Positions 10,060-22,096 of a stretch of 48,932 nucleotides of DNA are shown here, piece by piece. Under the pieces are notes generated by a model. The model was not told where the DNA came from, searched no databases, and saw only the letters and a list, made by a program, of their open reading frames with translations. This stretch comes from a virus (taxonomy: Duplodnaviria > Heunggongvirae > Uroviricota > Caudoviricetes): IMG/VR virus record IMGVR_UViG_640753024_000009; one strand, written 5' to 3'. Each line of letters opens with the position of its first letter. The stretch's first letter is position 1. The translations under genes and the position numbers were made by a program.

Positions 10060-10965
10060 TTACGCCATTTGTTGATTTGGTTTATCTGTTTCGCCGTCAG
10101 GACAGGTGTGCACATGCCCGTTATATGTAATGCGCATCTCGTTCATCGTGCCTTGTCGGTCCTGCACATCTTGCCCTGCTAACACACTACCGCGAGTTGT
10201 GATATTACCGGTTCCACCGTTATCTCCAGTGACAGAAATATCGTTACGGAATGTCGCTAATTTATCTACTACTAATGTCTCGGTAATATGAGTTGGACCA
10301 GCTAGTGTTATCCCACCCGGAGCCCACGCACTGATTGTTTGAGCTGTCAGCGATATTCTGTTCGCAGCAGTAACACTAACAGAACTCGTTGCTATAACGT
10401 TCACTAAATCAGCATGTGCGTTAATTGTATCTGTCGCTGTGACATTAATAATATCAGCGTCCGCGTTAATTAATTTTCCACCGTGAATATTGACAACGTT
10501 TTCGCTATTAATAGTAACGTCTGCACGTCCGAATATTTCTATTTCAGACTCACCGAGTATTTTTACTACGCCGTCCGGTACGCCCTGCCAGGTCAGCGTG
10601 TGGTTTTTCGTGTTATACGTCAGCCTGGCCCCGTCACAATACGCAGTGACGTGATCATGGGGGTCGCTACTGGGCGGATCTACGTTGTCAATGTGCAGTC
10701 CGAGCATAACTACGCCGTTCCGCGTGTCCCCACCCTCTGAAACAACAGTAACGGGGTCACCTACTGATGGTGCGCTCCAGTCGATTCGCTCGGACGTTGC
10801 GTGAGTAAACCATTGCAGCCAACCCGACTGGTGTTCGCCGCCAAATGAGACCCGACAGCGAGGGGGTTTCATTTGAACTGCAGCTATCGTGCCGCGTTTA
10901 ACCGCGTCACGCAGCCTGCGCGCGTTCTCCGCTGCGGCGTATTCATCATCGTCCGATTGGGCCAT
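10060..10965 (-). CDS. Baseplate spike/assembly protein V
   Basis: 301-aa product with repetitive beta-rich C-terminal region (VTATDTINAHADLVNVIATSSVSVTAAN) typical of spike proteins; first gene of the V-W-J-I block. Confidence 0.7.
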   Translation of the reverse strand: MAQSDDDEYAAAENARRLRDAVKRGTIAAVQMKPPRCRVSFGGEHQSGWLQWFTHATSERIDWSAPSVGDPVTVVSEGGDTRNGVVMLGLHIDNVDPPSSDPHDHVTAYCDGARLTYNTKNHTLTWQGVPDGVVKILGESEIEIFGRADVTINSENVVNIHGGKLINADADIINVTATDTINAHADLVNVIATSSVSVTAANRISLTAQTISAWAPGGITLAGPTHITETLVVDKLATFRNDISVTGDNGGTGNITTRGSVLAGQDVQDRQGTMNEMRITYNGHVHTCPDGETDKPNQQMA

Positions 10966-11482
10966 AGTAGTCGCTCTCGTGTTCTGCGCCGATATCTGGC
11001 GCTATTCCGACGTATATATTTTTCAGGGTCCCCTGTGAGGGATAATCGAAAATATCTTGACCAACGCCTACAACCTGCGTGAACGACACGCACTGAACTG
11101 AATGCGAACCGACTGACTGCCCGTTTTTAATCCAGTCGCACGGTTCCGCGTCGCTGAATTTTGCCGGTTTAGTTCCGGGACCGAACATCCTCCCATTAAT
11201 CCAGCTCGTCATATAGAGCGCTGCATTCTGCGATTTCAGTCCGTACTGATCTGCAGCAAACTCACGCAGCAAATACAAATTACACGACAGCTCGACTGAC
11301 TGAATTGAGCCTGGAACCGCTTCGTCACTTTGTGACCAGTTTCTGATTTCCAGGAACAGAGCTGGCGTTTCAAATCCTGCCGGAATTTCTGGATAAATAC
11401 CGAATGTTTTGATGAACGGTATTTGTAAAACCGCGCCTTTAACGCGATCGAGGTATTCGTCAAATGCATCAAGTCCGCTCAT
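10946..11482 (-). CDS. Putative tail completion / virion morphogenesis protein
   Basis: 178-aa ORF between head genes and baseplate gene V; position matches P2 R/S-type genes; no recognised motif. Confidence 0.35.
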   Translation of the reverse strand: MSGLDAFDEYLDRVKGAVLQIPFIKTFGIYPEIPAGFETPALFLEIRNWSQSDEAVPGSIQSVELSCNLYLLREFAADQYGLKSQNAALYMTSWINGRMFGPGTKPAKFSDAEPCDWIKNGQSVGSHSVQCVSFTQVVGVGQDIFDYPSQGTLKNIYVGIAPDIGAEHESDYYGPIGR

Positions 11483-12159
11483 AATCGTTTACCTGTTTTA
11501 GGGTCTACGTGGACATTACCTTTCACGCGACCACGCAAATCCTGTTCAAAAAAACCCATGAACACGGTGCCAATATTTTCAAAAATATAATCATCGATAG
11601 CATCCTCCAGCGCTTCGTGCACCGGTACGCGAGCCTCTTCGATTCCTCCGCGAGCCAGTCGAATCCAGACACTTTTCGCACCGTAGCGTTTCGCTACGAA
11701 TGAATCGGGCCAGCTCAGCATCGCCAGCCCTGCACTTTTGGGTGTAAAAGTTGCCCCTCGAGCGCCTTTTTTTGTTTTCAAAAATTGACCGGTCTCAGGA
11801 TCGCGAGGCTGTTTTTGCCTCCGTGGATTTTGTAATCGCCCCTTTAGCTCAGATACCCGGAAATCATTCAGACCGTACCAGAGCTTGGCGCTGCTCAGGT
11901 CTCCTGCAGTTTCTTTTGATATGTTCCGGATTTTGACGAACGGTTTTACGCGTTTTTCTGCGGCCTTACGCCCTTTAACCGCCAGCGATTCAATGATCAT
12001 TCCCACCGAGACCCGGTGCATATGCTTTGCAGTTCGGTTCAGCGCCCTGTTGTATGCCATCAGCATCTGATGTTGCGTCGCGCTAATTTCGACTCTGAGT
12101 TGCTCCAGCGCCGAAACATCGATATCGAACATCTGCGCGTTACTACGTAAATCGGCCAC
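11479..12159 (-). CDS. Putative tail completion / virion morphogenesis protein
   Basis: 226-aa ORF, 4-nt overlap with the downstream gene; position only. Confidence 0.35.
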   Translation of the reverse strand: MADLRSNAQMFDIDVSALEQLRVEISATQHQMLMAYNRALNRTAKHMHRVSVGMIIESLAVKGRKAAEKRVKPFVKIRNISKETAGDLSSAKLWYGLNDFRVSELKGRLQNPRRQKQPRDPETGQFLKTKKGARGATFTPKSAGLAMLSWPDSFVAKRYGAKSVWIRLARGGIEEARVPVHEALEDAIDDYIFENIGTVFMGFFEQDLRGRVKGNVHVDPKTGKRL

Positions 12160-12190
12160 GGTCCCCCCTTAAGTGGGACCGCGGTCCCAC

Positions 12191-12571
12191 TTAGTATTTT
12201 GAATACTCGCTGTTTTCGCTGGACGTGTGAGGCTCTAAAAAAATATTCGTGAGACCGATGCCATCCGGTTGAGGCTCTTTAACCACGTAATCGGTCCAGC
12301 CAGACCAGGTAACAGAGCCGTCAGCAGCGATACTGCGCTGCTTTGGGACCTGGACGACGTCACGCGCAACAACGCCAGCAACGTCGTCAGAGAGCGCCGT
12401 CAGGCTCGTTACTGTGCCGGTAATAAAACCAGCGTGAGGAACGTCAACGCGCGCGTAAGGCTCGTTGAAAATAGCGATAATGGGGTCAGCTTTACCGCGT
12501 AATTTGACTGGCCGTCCCCACTCACGAATCGTCTCCTCGTCGCCGGCCCGGAGGTCGTCGTAGTAGCTCAT
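12191..12571 (-). CDS. Putative head-tail joining protein (lambda FII-like position)
   Basis: 126-aa ORF following the FI-like gene downstream of the capsid gene. Confidence 0.4.
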   Translation of the reverse strand: MSYYDDLRAGDEETIREWGRPVKLRGKADPIIAIFNEPYARVDVPHAGFITGTVTSLTALSDDVAGVVARDVVQVPKQRSIAADGSVTWSGWTDYVVKEPQPDGIGLTNIFLEPHTSSENSEYSKY

Positions 12572-12981
12572 AGAGCGTAAACGTGATCGGCTGCAATAAG
12601 GTCTGCGACCTCCGGTGAATCGACAACGATTTCACGACCAGCGGCAACAATCTCGCGAACGCGACGCGCGTTCACGTAGTGATAAATGTCCAGCGTGTTA
12701 CGCAACTTGACGCGGCGCGTAGCGGGAGACAGTTCTGATTGTGGCGTAGTACTGGCGATTGACTGTTGTTCGACACCGTCATCATCAGTTTCATCTAATG
12801 CGCTCTCATTGGTGTCGGCATCACTCGCGTCGCTGGATTGTTCGTTCAGAATATCGAGCTCTGACTCAGCGCCGGCGACGATTGATTCCAGTTCCGCAAT
12901 AGTCCCGCTGCGCGGTAATTCGCGACCAAGCTGAGCGCTCAGATCGTCAATGCGCGCCAGCAATTCTGTTTTTGTGCTCAT
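12568..12981 (-). CDS. DNA-packaging protein FI-like
   Basis: N-terminus MSTKTELLARIDDLSAQLGRELPRSGTIAELE resembles lambda gpFI (MTKDELIARLRSLGEQL...); acidic middle region; directly downstream of the capsid gene. Confidence 0.55.
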   Translation of the reverse strand: MSTKTELLARIDDLSAQLGRELPRSGTIAELESIVAGAESELDILNEQSSDASDADTNESALDETDDDGVEQQSIASTTPQSELSPATRRVKLRNTLDIYHYVNARRVREIVAAGREIVVDSPEVADLIAADHVYAL

Positions 12982-13015
12982 GTTGATTCCTTAACAAAAA
13001 AGAGCCTTTCGGCTC

Positions 13016-14050
13016 TTACGCGATTTTTACGACAACGAACGCGTCGGCGTCCGTGAGGACCATTGCTGGCGCGGATTGCGTCATTGTTTGCGTCACTGCC
13101 GGATCACCGGTAGTGGTCCAGACTTTTGGATAGCGCGTCGCTTCGCAAATACCCTCTTTCAGCGCGTCTTCGTCCTGAATTGCGCCATAAGTGCGGAGCC
13201 CGCGGTTTTTTGTGTTGCCAAGGATCATCGTGTTATCCGGCATATAACGCGTTTCAGTGCCTGTTACCGGGTCGATGTATTGCCCTTTGTAGACAAACAG
13301 CGCCGTGTCGCCGTAGTAGCCCTTAAAGCTAACGACATCGCCCAGGTTTTTCAGCGCGACTTCGAGCTGACTGTTTGAGCCGCGGCGCGTATCCAGTGCC
13401 GTCCAGAATTTTTTAAAGCGTTTAAGCTGCTTCCAGGCTTTACCGTCCATGATGATCACGTTAACCGCACCGGAGGCGAGGTCTGCATAGGATTCAATAT
13501 CGTCGCTCGGGTCATACGTTTCCGCGTCCTGAGTCGACCAGGCGGTCGAACCGGACTGAGTGACGTTATTCGTCGCGCTGCGGCTCATGTCGATCTCATA
13601 GGTCTCGATATTGCTGCCGGAAACGGTGTATTTACCGTACAGAACCGCCTGCACTGCCTGGAACTCTTCGAGCTGGCTGATGCTGAGCTCCTCGTCGAGC
13701 AAATTCTGCATGATGATTTTTGCACGACGTTCGACCGGCGTTTCTGGCTGGCCAATTTGCTCACCGGCGGCGCGCTTGATGCTCATATTCGGATTGATCG
13801 TGTGTTTCGGTTTCGTGTAACCCGGTTTAAAGTGGTTCGTTGAATAGCCGCGAGTGCGGTCAACTTTGCCGGTGATCATCGGGGCGCAATATACCGCCAT
13901 ATTGACTTTGCCCGGGATTTTATCCAGAAAAACCTCTTCGCTCGTAAACGTGTAGGTCTCACGGAAAAACAATCTTAAAAACAACGGATTGAACTTAAAT
14001 ACCTGCTGCGTTGCGGTAATCAGTTCTGACGTAGTAAACGAATCGCTCAT
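13016..14050 (-). CDS. Major capsid protein (lambda gpE family)
   Basis: Long collinear similarity to lambda E (KFNPLFLRLFFRE, PGYTKPKH, DTRRGSNS, GNTKNRGLRTYG, TTGDP motifs); 344 aa. Confidence 0.9.
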   Translation of the reverse strand: MSDSFTTSELITATQQVFKFNPLFLRLFFRETYTFTSEEVFLDKIPGKVNMAVYCAPMITGKVDRTRGYSTNHFKPGYTKPKHTINPNMSIKRAAGEQIGQPETPVERRAKIIMQNLLDEELSISQLEEFQAVQAVLYGKYTVSGSNIETYEIDMSRSATNNVTQSGSTAWSTQDAETYDPSDDIESYADLASGAVNVIIMDGKAWKQLKRFKKFWTALDTRRGSNSQLEVALKNLGDVVSFKGYYGDTALFVYKGQYIDPVTGTETRYMPDNTMILGNTKNRGLRTYGAIQDEDALKEGICEATRYPKVWTTTGDPAVTQTMTQSAPAMVLTDADAFVVVKIA

Positions 14051-14065
14051 TTATATATCCTGTAT

Positions 14066-14110
14066 AAAAAAACCGCCCGGAGGCGGCTTGTTTTGAGTTT
14101 TTTTTTTGCT
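14066..14110. terminator. GC hairpin with T-runs on both sides between decoration and capsid genes
   Basis: CCGCC-CGGA-GGCGG stem-loop flanked by A7 upstream and T-rich tract downstream on the + strand; could terminate or stabilise transcripts in either direction. Confidence 0.35.
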
Positions 14111-14111
14111 A

Positions 14112-14441
14112 TCAGCCAACGCTGACTGGCGTACCAGCAAACGCTGATTTGCGTTTAGCGACGTCAGTAACCGTACCCCAGTTAATCGCCGTATAACGAA
14201 ACGATCCTGATTTGTAGTACGAGCAGTCTGCAGAACTGGAGCCTGTATTAACTGCTGTGGCTGTGAGACCAACCGCCTTACCAATTGAGCCGTCCCAGAC
14301 TTTAAACGTCCCGGCAGTAGCGTCGAGCATAATCGGTGTCAGCCGGGGTACGTTGATCCCGCCCTGAAAATGACCGACGGTCGTCACAACAAGATCGGGT
14401 CCCAGAATAAAATCATCCGGGCTATACGTTTCTGTGGTCAT
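14112..14441 (-). CDS. Head decoration protein (lambda gpD family)
   Basis: 109 aa; LTPIMLDATAGTFKVWDG and KRKSAFAGTPVS match lambda D motifs; sits between C and E as in lambda. Confidence 0.85.
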   Translation of the reverse strand: MTTETYSPDDFILGPDLVVTTVGHFQGGINVPRLTPIMLDATAGTFKVWDGSIGKAVGLTATAVNTGSSSADCSYYKSGSFRYTAINWGTVTDVAKRKSAFAGTPVSVG

Positions 14442-15751
14442 TATTCATCCCCTAAAATTGAACGCCCTGCCGCGACCAGCATCGAGACGTTTGCGGTTGT
14501 TCCTGTTGCCGTGGTGCTGCCGGCATCCTGAATAGTTTCCGGTGATTCAGTGCTCATGAGTGTATCGAGCGCCGTTTCTGTCCGCGCCTGCGCTGTTTGC
14601 GGTGCTGCCGCGAGGACAGCCTGCGCCTGCCCGACCGTCATCCCGGGGACGGCAGCGAGCGCTTTTGCCTGCGCCTCGCGCCCAACAGCTTCGGGACAGT
14701 TGATGATGGCCATCACGCGTGCCAGTTCGCTCGATGCGGCGTCCGCGCGAATCTGCTCCGCGTTGGACTCAACCGGCGCGACCGTAGTCGTAGCCGCGGT
14801 TTGTTCTGTGGTCGTGGTCTCCGCCGTGGTTTCTGTTGTACCTGGCATAAATCGCTCCGTTTTTGGTTTCAGTGCGTCGGCCATCACTGCGATAGCGTCC
14901 GCGTAATTAACGAGTTGATCAGCGAGACCAGATTTAATCGCGTCCGCGCCGATAAATACTGCGGCCTCTGTGGCCAGCACCCTGGATTTTTTCAGCCCGG
15001 TATAATCCGAGACTTTTTGCGCGAACTGCTCGCGTGTGCTGTTAATACTCAGCTGGAATTCGTCGCGAACGTCGTCGGGCAGCTGGGAATACGGGTTCCC
15101 GTCGACTTTGTGCGCGCCGGCGTAAATCAGCGTCACGTCAACGCCGGCAATCTCCAGCGCCTTTTCGACGCAGCGGTGAGCCATCAGGACACCGATTGAA
15201 CCAACCGTGCCGGTCTGCGTTATCAGCCGGCGCGAACACGCTGACGCCAGCAAATATGCGGCGCTGCAGGCCGTATCGCTGGCCAGCGCCCACACCGGTT
15301 TTTGCTCTCGCGCCCGGGCGATTAAATCAGCGGTATCAAACGCGCCGGCGACCTCACCGCCAGGGGAATCAATATCCAGCAGGATCCCCTTAACATCGGG
15401 ATCAGAAATCGCCTGCTGCAGGCGTTTTGCGATTCCGTCGTAACCACTCATCCCGCTGACCGGATTGATATAACCCAATTTATGAACCAGCGTCCCGGTA
15501 ACCGGCAGAACGGCTATACCACGCTCCACGCGATACGATTTCTGGCGTGTTCGCTCGCTGCTGTCCCACCCCATCGCGAGCGCGTTCATTTCGTCGCTGT
15601 TCATTACCTCTCCTGACGCTGTATCAATCAGTCGCCCGGTACCGAACCGGTCGCTCAGCGCAGAAAAAAATACCCGCGCGTAGGCGGGCTCCAGCAAAAG
15701 CGGTTGATTGAACGCCCTAGCGGCGAGGTGCGGAAAATTGTTCCACGGCAT
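14441..15751 (-). CDS. Head maturation protease / scaffold (lambda gpC, S49 peptidase family)
   Basis: 436 aa (lambda C is about 439 aa); S49/ClpP-like region followed by Thr/Ala-rich scaffold-like tail; start overlaps portal stop. Confidence 0.85.
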   Translation of the reverse strand: MPWNNFPHLAARAFNQPLLLEPAYARVFFSALSDRFGTGRLIDTASGEVMNSDEMNALAMGWDSSERTRQKSYRVERGIAVLPVTGTLVHKLGYINPVSGMSGYDGIAKRLQQAISDPDVKGILLDIDSPGGEVAGAFDTADLIARAREQKPVWALASDTACSAAYLLASACSRRLITQTGTVGSIGVLMAHRCVEKALEIAGVDVTLIYAGAHKVDGNPYSQLPDDVRDEFQLSINSTREQFAQKVSDYTGLKKSRVLATEAAVFIGADAIKSGLADQLVNYADAIAVMADALKPKTERFMPGTTETTAETTTTEQTAATTTVAPVESNAEQIRADAASSELARVMAIINCPEAVGREAQAKALAAVPGMTVGQAQAVLAAAPQTAQARTETALDTLMSTESPETIQDAGSTTATGTTANVSMLVAAGRSILGDE

Positions 15752-16688
15752 CAGTTACCTCCCCAGCCGTTATCGTTGGTATTTGAGGGGTGAGATACTG
15801 ACCAGGATGGTTCGCTCAGCCCCATTTCGCGCCGGCGCTGAATTTCGTATTCCTGTTGTTCCATGACCTCCTCGTAGTCCTGCCCCTGCAGCGCGAGTTC
15901 GTTCTGATACGTGCTGAGGCCAGTCGTGATGCGCATGGCGCTCTCCTGAACCTCTTTCAGCCCATCAATCGCCATGCGACCAGCGCCGATCCAGAGCGCG
16001 TTCGTCCAGGAGTTCCGCGCTTCATAAAACGACCGGACCGCTGAGCGTGGCAGGGTGATAACTCCGCGCGCCAGAGCTTCCTCAAACCAGCAGCAGAACA
16101 TCAGTGACGCCTGTCGTGCGGCGATAAAACGTCGACGGCCCATGAAAAAACGCCAGCTCACGTTTGCGCTGGCCCGCGCGCTGGAGTAACTGACCTGGCT
16201 GTAGTCCCGACTCAGTTCCTCATATGACGCGCCGACGCCAGCGGCAACGTAACGCAGGAGTGATTTTTCCAGCGAACTGAAACCAGCATCAGCATTCTGA
16301 GCGGTCTGTAAACTGAGTTTGTCGCCGGGATGCAGGTGGGGAACTTTCACACCACCGAGCTTGATATTTGCGCCGTTGTAGTACGTCACGTAACTCTGAA
16401 TAAACGAACTCAGCGGGTTCGAGTCGATATCAGTACCCGCGCCGGCGATATATTCAAACGCCTGCTGGCTGTCGAGCTCTGATTCGATTGTGGCGGCGTA
16501 CATCGCCTTCACGATGGCGCTCTGCAGCTGTGTTTGCTGCAGCGTATCGAGCATTTTCAGCCGCTCCATTACGCTGTAAAAAATGTTATCTCCGCGGGTT
16601 TGTCCGTCCTCGAGCGGCTCGAATATGTGAATGAATGCGTGTCTGCCGCTGCTGAGTTTTGCTGGTATGCGCCGGCATTTACCAACTC
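15751..16688 (-). pseudogene. Portal protein (lambda gpB family), C-terminal fragment separated from its N-terminus by an IS element
   Basis: GRHAFIHIFEPLEDGQTRGDNIFYSVMERLKMLDTLQQTQLQSAIVKAMYAATIESELD is collinear with lambda B; reading frame continues upstream to the IS boundary at 16688. Confidence 0.85.
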
Positions 16689-16745
16689 TGTCAACGCCAA
16701 GATTATTGGCCGTTTTTCGCCATTTTTAATGTCCGCTATTGGTCA

Positions 16746-18712
<1,967 letters not shown>

Positions 18713-18813
18713 GAGTGTTCCCTTTGTGGTGTAGGAACCTTAAGGAAACAACATGTTGGGTGGAGCGGACAATCCAAATGGTGAATTACTGTCTTATATC
18801 ATTGGCGCTGACA

Positions 18814-19451
18814 ACTCCGCCGAGGGGATAGGTATCCTCGGCTATCCAGTACCCAACCGCGGCCCCGTTTTTATCGATATCAACACCGGCGCGGCGAAAT
18901 TGAGTGTCAGCTGCGTAGCCAGGATTTCGAATTCGTTTCGGTGAGACCATTTTGAATCGCGTCCGAAAAACGCTGCCGGCGCAGCTCTCCCACACCGGTT
19001 GTACGCAGGTTTCACCGTTGAACGCGTGAGTGGCCACGCCTTCGCGAATCATCATTGTGAACGTCCGTTTCCGCTCGATATCAATCGTGCAGTGAGGGTC
19101 CTCGGCGTATTCAGTCCACGCGACCTCAACGTCACGCGCCAGCGCCCTGGCGTCCTCGCGAGATATCCCGATGTAACGCCAGTTAGGGCGATAACTCAAC
19201 TTAAACAGATTGCCGACGATATGATCCTGATGCAGCTGCACGGCGTTCGACGCGACGCCGTTATTACGAACGAGATCGTCTGCTCGCGCGTTACCGCGAT
19301 AAAAATTAGGCAGCAGTGCCGCATCGGCGCTTTGCTGTGGTGCATTCCAGTCAATCAGCTGGCCACCGAAGCCGGGACCGCCGCCGTTATACCCCGCGTA
19401 ACGGCGTAGTGGCGTTTTACCGTCAGGCCCGAGCAACTGCTGAGCAGTCAT
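18814..19451 (-). pseudogene. Portal protein (lambda gpB family), N-terminal fragment truncated by the IS element
   Basis: LLGPDGKTPLRRYAGYNGGGPGFGGQL and LPNFYRGNARADDLVRNNG match the lambda B N-terminus; ORF runs into IS sequence and stops 9 codons later. Confidence 0.85.
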
Positions 19452-19681
19452 AATCGAACTCCCACGGGACGGCGGCGTCCCGTACTCAGACCGAGCTGTG
19501 ATTTCAGCTCGATAATGTACGTTCGGAGCTGTTCAATACTCGCCTGTGAGTATTGATAGCTCCGGTTATTTCCCGCTGAATCGCCGTGAGACAGCGATAC
19601 AGTCGATCTACCCGTTAATAATTTGTGCAGGGCAATTTCAGCTTCCAGCAGCCGTTCTGTTAAAACCTCGCGCGACATCAT
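19448..19681 (-). CDS. Head-tail joining protein W (lambda gpW family)
   Basis: 77 aa between terminase large subunit and portal; similarity to lambda W (LHKLLTG, YIIELKSQLG). Confidence 0.7.
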   Translation of the reverse strand: MMSREVLTERLLEAEIALHKLLTGRSTVSLSHGDSAGNNRSYQYSQASIEQLRTYIIELKSQLGLSTGRRRPVGVRL

Positions 19682-21642
19682 GAGCTCCCTCCGAGCATTC
19701 TGGCCATCTCCTCGAGAGACAGTTTGTTTTGTGATTTTTTCCGTTGCTCAGCGAGCGTCTCGAGATTGAGCTGGAAACGAATTTTACTGATACGTAGCGC
19801 TGCCAGCGCGTATACCCAGCAGTCGAGCGCCTCATTTCGCCGGCCCTGGTTGTCCCAGCGATAAACGACGCGACCGTTAATCAGTTTCGGGATCAGAACT
19901 TCAGAGACGAGCTGTTTTGCCTCTGTCGTGCCGAATATTTCGTCGTCGTTGGGAAAATGAATCGCACTTGGTGTCGCCGATTTAGAATCGGGTTCCAGCG
20001 GCAGGCGCATTGCGAGCAAATCTTTTGCCGTATCAGTACCGATTAACGACAAATAGACTTTATTCGCGTTACGTGTACGCGGCATATTTACGACTGGCTG
20101 ACCGTATGAACTCGCACCTTTAATTGGAATGACCCACAGCGGACCGAGTTTCAGCGAGCGGTTATAAACGACCTGCGCATCTATACCACCGGTATCCCAC
20201 GCCCAGCGACTGACGCCGATTGTGGTCCCGTCGCTGCGCCGGTATTGTTTGCGAATCACTCCGTCGACGCGCTGCAGCGTGTCCTCCTCGTCGTAGCGAC
20301 CGAGGACGATTGTTTTATCAATCAGCCAGCACTCCTCCTCCACTCCCCAGCCCCACACGTAACACTCGTAGCGACCGGACGTCTGAGAGTCGATGCCGCC
20401 GGTCAGATAAACAACACCGTCAGGAACCTGGCTGGCGTATTTTTCCCGGCGATTAACCAGAATATCGTGCTCCAGCTGCTCGCTGGCTACGTCACTCCAG
20501 AGTTCGCCGAGCGTCGTGTTATGAAACGTCTTTTCTTTGAGCGGATCGCCCTTCGCTTTCAGCCACTCGCTGACAATCTCGCCCCAGCCGTCGAGATTCA
20601 GCGAATACATGGCGTTTATCACGATCGCCGCGTGTTTCGGCGCGCGAACGACACCACCGTCGTGATCAAAAAAACGAATACCGTCCCGCGTCCAGGTGCA
20701 GTCCTCTGCTATCCAGCGCCCCGCGAGCTCCATTTTTTCGAGATCGCGATAGTAAAAATGCTCAGGACAGTGGCAGCACTGGTAATACGCGGACGACGAT
20801 TTCGCCTCATTTGTCTGCAGGCTATTATCCCATTTGAGGCCATATTCGATGCCGTCGAAACCAAATACCAGGACCTGCTCCTCGCCACAATGCGGACATT
20901 TCAGGTAAAAACGAAACGTCAGGTCAGCGGCATCCTCCAGCATTTCAATATGACTTTTTCCGGTGACGGTTGGCGTCGAGCCGAAAATCGCCTTCGGGTA
21001 CGCTGCCCCTTTAATTCGAACGAGCGCCAGTTCGATGGGCGAGCCCTCGCCTTTGCCTTTTTTGGCAACTTCCAGCGGCCAGCCGTCAACTTCGTCACCC
21101 TCGACAACCTGTTTCGTTAGTCGCCGGAAATTTCCTGGTGCACTCGCGCCGCGAAAATCAATAATCGCGCCGCTCATTTCTTTACGCTGGAGATTGTTAC
21201 GCTCGTTGCTTTTATCCCAGTCGGGGAAAATTTTCTGAATCACCGGCATTTCGGCGATAGCGGGGTCAACCTCGTCGGCAACAAATCCATCCGATTCGTC
21301 ATCGATAGGCTGATAGACCACGGCACTACGTTTTTTGTGCTCAGCGAAATAGAGCAGCGCCGCGACGAGTATTTTTGTATAACCGAGACGAGCTGATTTG
21401 CGAACAGACACGATTTTTATCGCGTCGTTAGTCATCATATTGAGCATCACTACCTGGACCGGCTGAGTCGTCCAGTGGCCAGCGATGTGGCTGGAGCCCT
21501 CAGGGAGATAAAAATATTTATCAGCCCACTCAACCCCCGTCATCGGTATCGTCACGCGCAAGGGATTCAACCCTGTCGAGATCGCGTTCGATATCGCTGA
21601 CATCGTAATCGCTGAAGTCGACTCGTATGTCTGCCAGTTCAT
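19678..21642 (-). CDS. Terminase large subunit (lambda gpA family)
   Basis: 654-aa ORF with lambda A-like motifs (VEWADKYFYLP, CPHCGEE, TTLGE, GIDSQ, NEALDCWVYALAALRI); true start may be an internal Met (21603 or 21543). Confidence 0.9.
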   Translation of the reverse strand: MNWQTYESTSAITMSAISNAISTGLNPLRVTIPMTGVEWADKYFYLPEGSSHIAGHWTTQPVQVVMLNMMTNDAIKIVSVRKSARLGYTKILVAALLYFAEHKKRSAVVYQPIDDESDGFVADEVDPAIAEMPVIQKIFPDWDKSNERNNLQRKEMSGAIIDFRGASAPGNFRRLTKQVVEGDEVDGWPLEVAKKGKGEGSPIELALVRIKGAAYPKAIFGSTPTVTGKSHIEMLEDAADLTFRFYLKCPHCGEEQVLVFGFDGIEYGLKWDNSLQTNEAKSSSAYYQCCHCPEHFYYRDLEKMELAGRWIAEDCTWTRDGIRFFDHDGGVVRAPKHAAIVINAMYSLNLDGWGEIVSEWLKAKGDPLKEKTFHNTTLGELWSDVASEQLEHDILVNRREKYASQVPDGVVYLTGGIDSQTSGRYECYVWGWGVEEECWLIDKTIVLGRYDEEDTLQRVDGVIRKQYRRSDGTTIGVSRWAWDTGGIDAQVVYNRSLKLGPLWVIPIKGASSYGQPVVNMPRTRNANKVYLSLIGTDTAKDLLAMRLPLEPDSKSATPSAIHFPNDDEIFGTTEAKQLVSEVLIPKLINGRVVYRWDNQGRRNEALDCWVYALAALRISKIRFQLNLETLAEQRKKSQNKLSLEEMARMLGGSS

Positions 21643-22096
21643 TCAGGGCTATCGCCAGCTCCTCTCGTAAAACACTGCTCGCCTCCTGCGGCATTTCAGG
21701 CCACACCTTTTTCAACCGTGGTGGCCACGATTCGACACGGGTACGTAATTCAACTGCGACGCGAGATACAGCGACGCTGATTAATTCAATTGGCGCGTAG
21801 CGTTTAGCAAGAATGCGGCGTTTCACGCGAGCCATCAGGATTCGCTCCTGTCGTTCCTCATTTTTCAGCCACTGCTCGCGATTTTTTTCGGGAGAATTGT
21901 CCCCCACTTCCGGTTCGTCAGTACCAACTGTGTCGCGTCTATTACTCCGGAGATAATGAATATAGAAATGGCGCCAGGCGTCTAGCTCCCAATCACCACG
22001 TCCTTGTGGGACTGGTGCTCCCGGAAGTTTTGCGAGATCGCGCAGACGACGATCTGATAGCAGTAAATGTGCTGCGACCTCAGCCTGACTTGCCAT
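21530..22096 (-). CDS. Terminase small subunit (lambda Nu1-like)
   Basis: 188 aa; N-terminal HTH-like segment loosely alignable to Nu1; overlaps terminase large start. Confidence 0.6.
   Translation of the reverse strand: MASQAEVAAHLLLSDRRLRDLAKLPGAPVPQGRGDWELDAWRHFYIHYLRSNRRDTVGTDEPEVGDNSPEKNREQWLKNEERQERILMARVKRRILAKRYAPIELISVAVSRVAVELRTRVESWPPRLKKVWPEMPQEASSVLREELAIALNELADIRVDFSDYDVSDIERDLDRVESLARDDTDDGG

Noticed and set aside
14550-15443. Several + strand ORFs (118, 200, 65, 78 aa) antisense to the head protease gene
   Set aside because: Embedded in the well-supported gpC-like gene; Arg/Cys-rich low-complexity translations; no SD.
20245-21120. 291-aa + strand ORF (and several shorter ones) antisense to the terminase large subunit gene
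   Set aside because: Entirely inside a strongly supported minus-strand gene with lambda A-like motifs; Arg/Leu-rich composition typical of antisense frames of GC-rich coding DNA.
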